64,000 bases of DNA from Eledone cirrhosa (Eukaryota). This document shows positions 63,095 through 64,000 of this stretch, one piece after another. The translations under genes and the position numbers were made by a program. The notes below the pieces were generated by a model. The model had not been told where the DNA came from, made no database searches, and saw only the letters and a list, made by a program, of their open reading frames with translations. Position 1 is the first letter of the stretch, and every line of letters begins with the position of its first letter. The stretch spans positions 99,324,001 to 99,388,000 of the forward strand of contig OZ024744.1 in assembly GCA_964016885.1 (NCBI GenBank). Direction: 5' to 3'.

Positions 63095-64000
63095 AACAAG
63101 TAAGACCCCGACGGCTGAGCTCAAGCCGTTTCGACGGCTAATTCTGGACTGAATGAAAATTTATTCTGGTATTTAAATAGCCGAGCTTATCAAGGGGGTA
63201 ATTCCATATATGGTCAAAGAGATAATCACCAGGATTGGTCACATCACAAGTTAGTAGTAAATCTGTGATGGCAAATTAGTGGGGGAAGGGGTAGCTAAAC
63301 CTGCCGGTAGGAGAAAAAGGGAGAGGGGATGGAGTAGACCCATTCATGCGTTGGTAGTGCCGGCTACAGCTGGGCATGAGGTCAAAGAGGATACTGGGGG
63401 AGGAAGTCGAAACGGTAAGTAGAACAATGAAGGGTAAAACTATAAAAAGTACTGAGAATGAAAAAAAAAAAATAAAAAAAAAAATAAAAAAAAATGAGCA
63501 AAGTCTGGTTACTAAGACTTAAGTCTCTCGCTATTGCTAGGCTAAAGAAATACATAAATAAATAAATAAACAAACAAATAAATGAATAAAAGAATAGATA
63601 AATAAATAAAAAAAATATAATAAATTATTAAAAAATAAATAATAATAATAATAATAAATAGACTAGGTGGGACGGAAATAAAGGGACCCTTATAAGAGGT
63701 AAAAGTGCGTGTATCGTACGGTGACGGGTCAACAAAAGGGGGGCCAAAATACTAAAGAGACTACCACGAAATAATAAAGGTTTCTATCCCAATCTCTTTG
63801 ACCATATATGGAATTACCCCTTGATAAGCTCGGCTATTTAAATACCAGAATAAATTTTCATTCAGTCCAGAATTAGCCGTCGAAACGGCTTGAGCTCAGC
63901 CGTCGGAGTTTTACTTGTTCCTATTACCCACTCTACTACCCTAAGTATTGAGTACTTTGGTGCGTTATGGTCCACCTGGTTCGTTACCACATTTACTTCG
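63091..64000. mobile_element. Penelope-like remnant with ~130-bp inverted terminal repeats, each carrying a U3-A8 hammerhead
   Basis: 63091-63222 is the reverse complement of 63793-63923; cccc-TTGATAA-gctcggcta...tagccgtc-GAAA-cggct(tgagctc)agccg-TC-gg(g/a)gt. Confidence 0.8.

Overview
AT-rich, repeat-saturated eukaryotic (animal) DNA. The repeat families resemble those of cephalopod/octopus genomes, which is inference only. Almost all ORF-track entries are translations of micro- or minisatellites. Real coding content: (1) a near full-length but disrupted RTE-clade LINE on the minus strand (~36.7-40.8 kb; APE endonuclease, RT, PHD-like finger); (2) a defective DD37D (maT) Tc1/mariner transposon (60.6-61.9 kb); (3) 3' fragments of RTE, CR1/L2-like and Tx1-like LINEs; (4) probably 3-4 small terminal exons of an unidentified minus-strand host gene (55.6, 44.3, 35.6 and 34.4 kb). 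There are also many tRNA-derived SINEs, MITEs, two non-autonomous Helitrons, a ~14.7-kb 48-bp satellite, a ~9.4-kb pentamer satellite and a 200-N gap. Most notable: (a) about a dozen type-I hammerhead-ribozyme motifs of the Penelope-associated kind, often in inverted repeats next to (TA)n tracts; three unrelated ones carry the compensatory U3-A8 core and two have very large stem-II insertions; (b) the 48-bp satellite is an amplified hairpin unit of the RTE LINE 3' UTR that expanded inside element copies, and two more minisatellites derive from LINE ORF C-termini.
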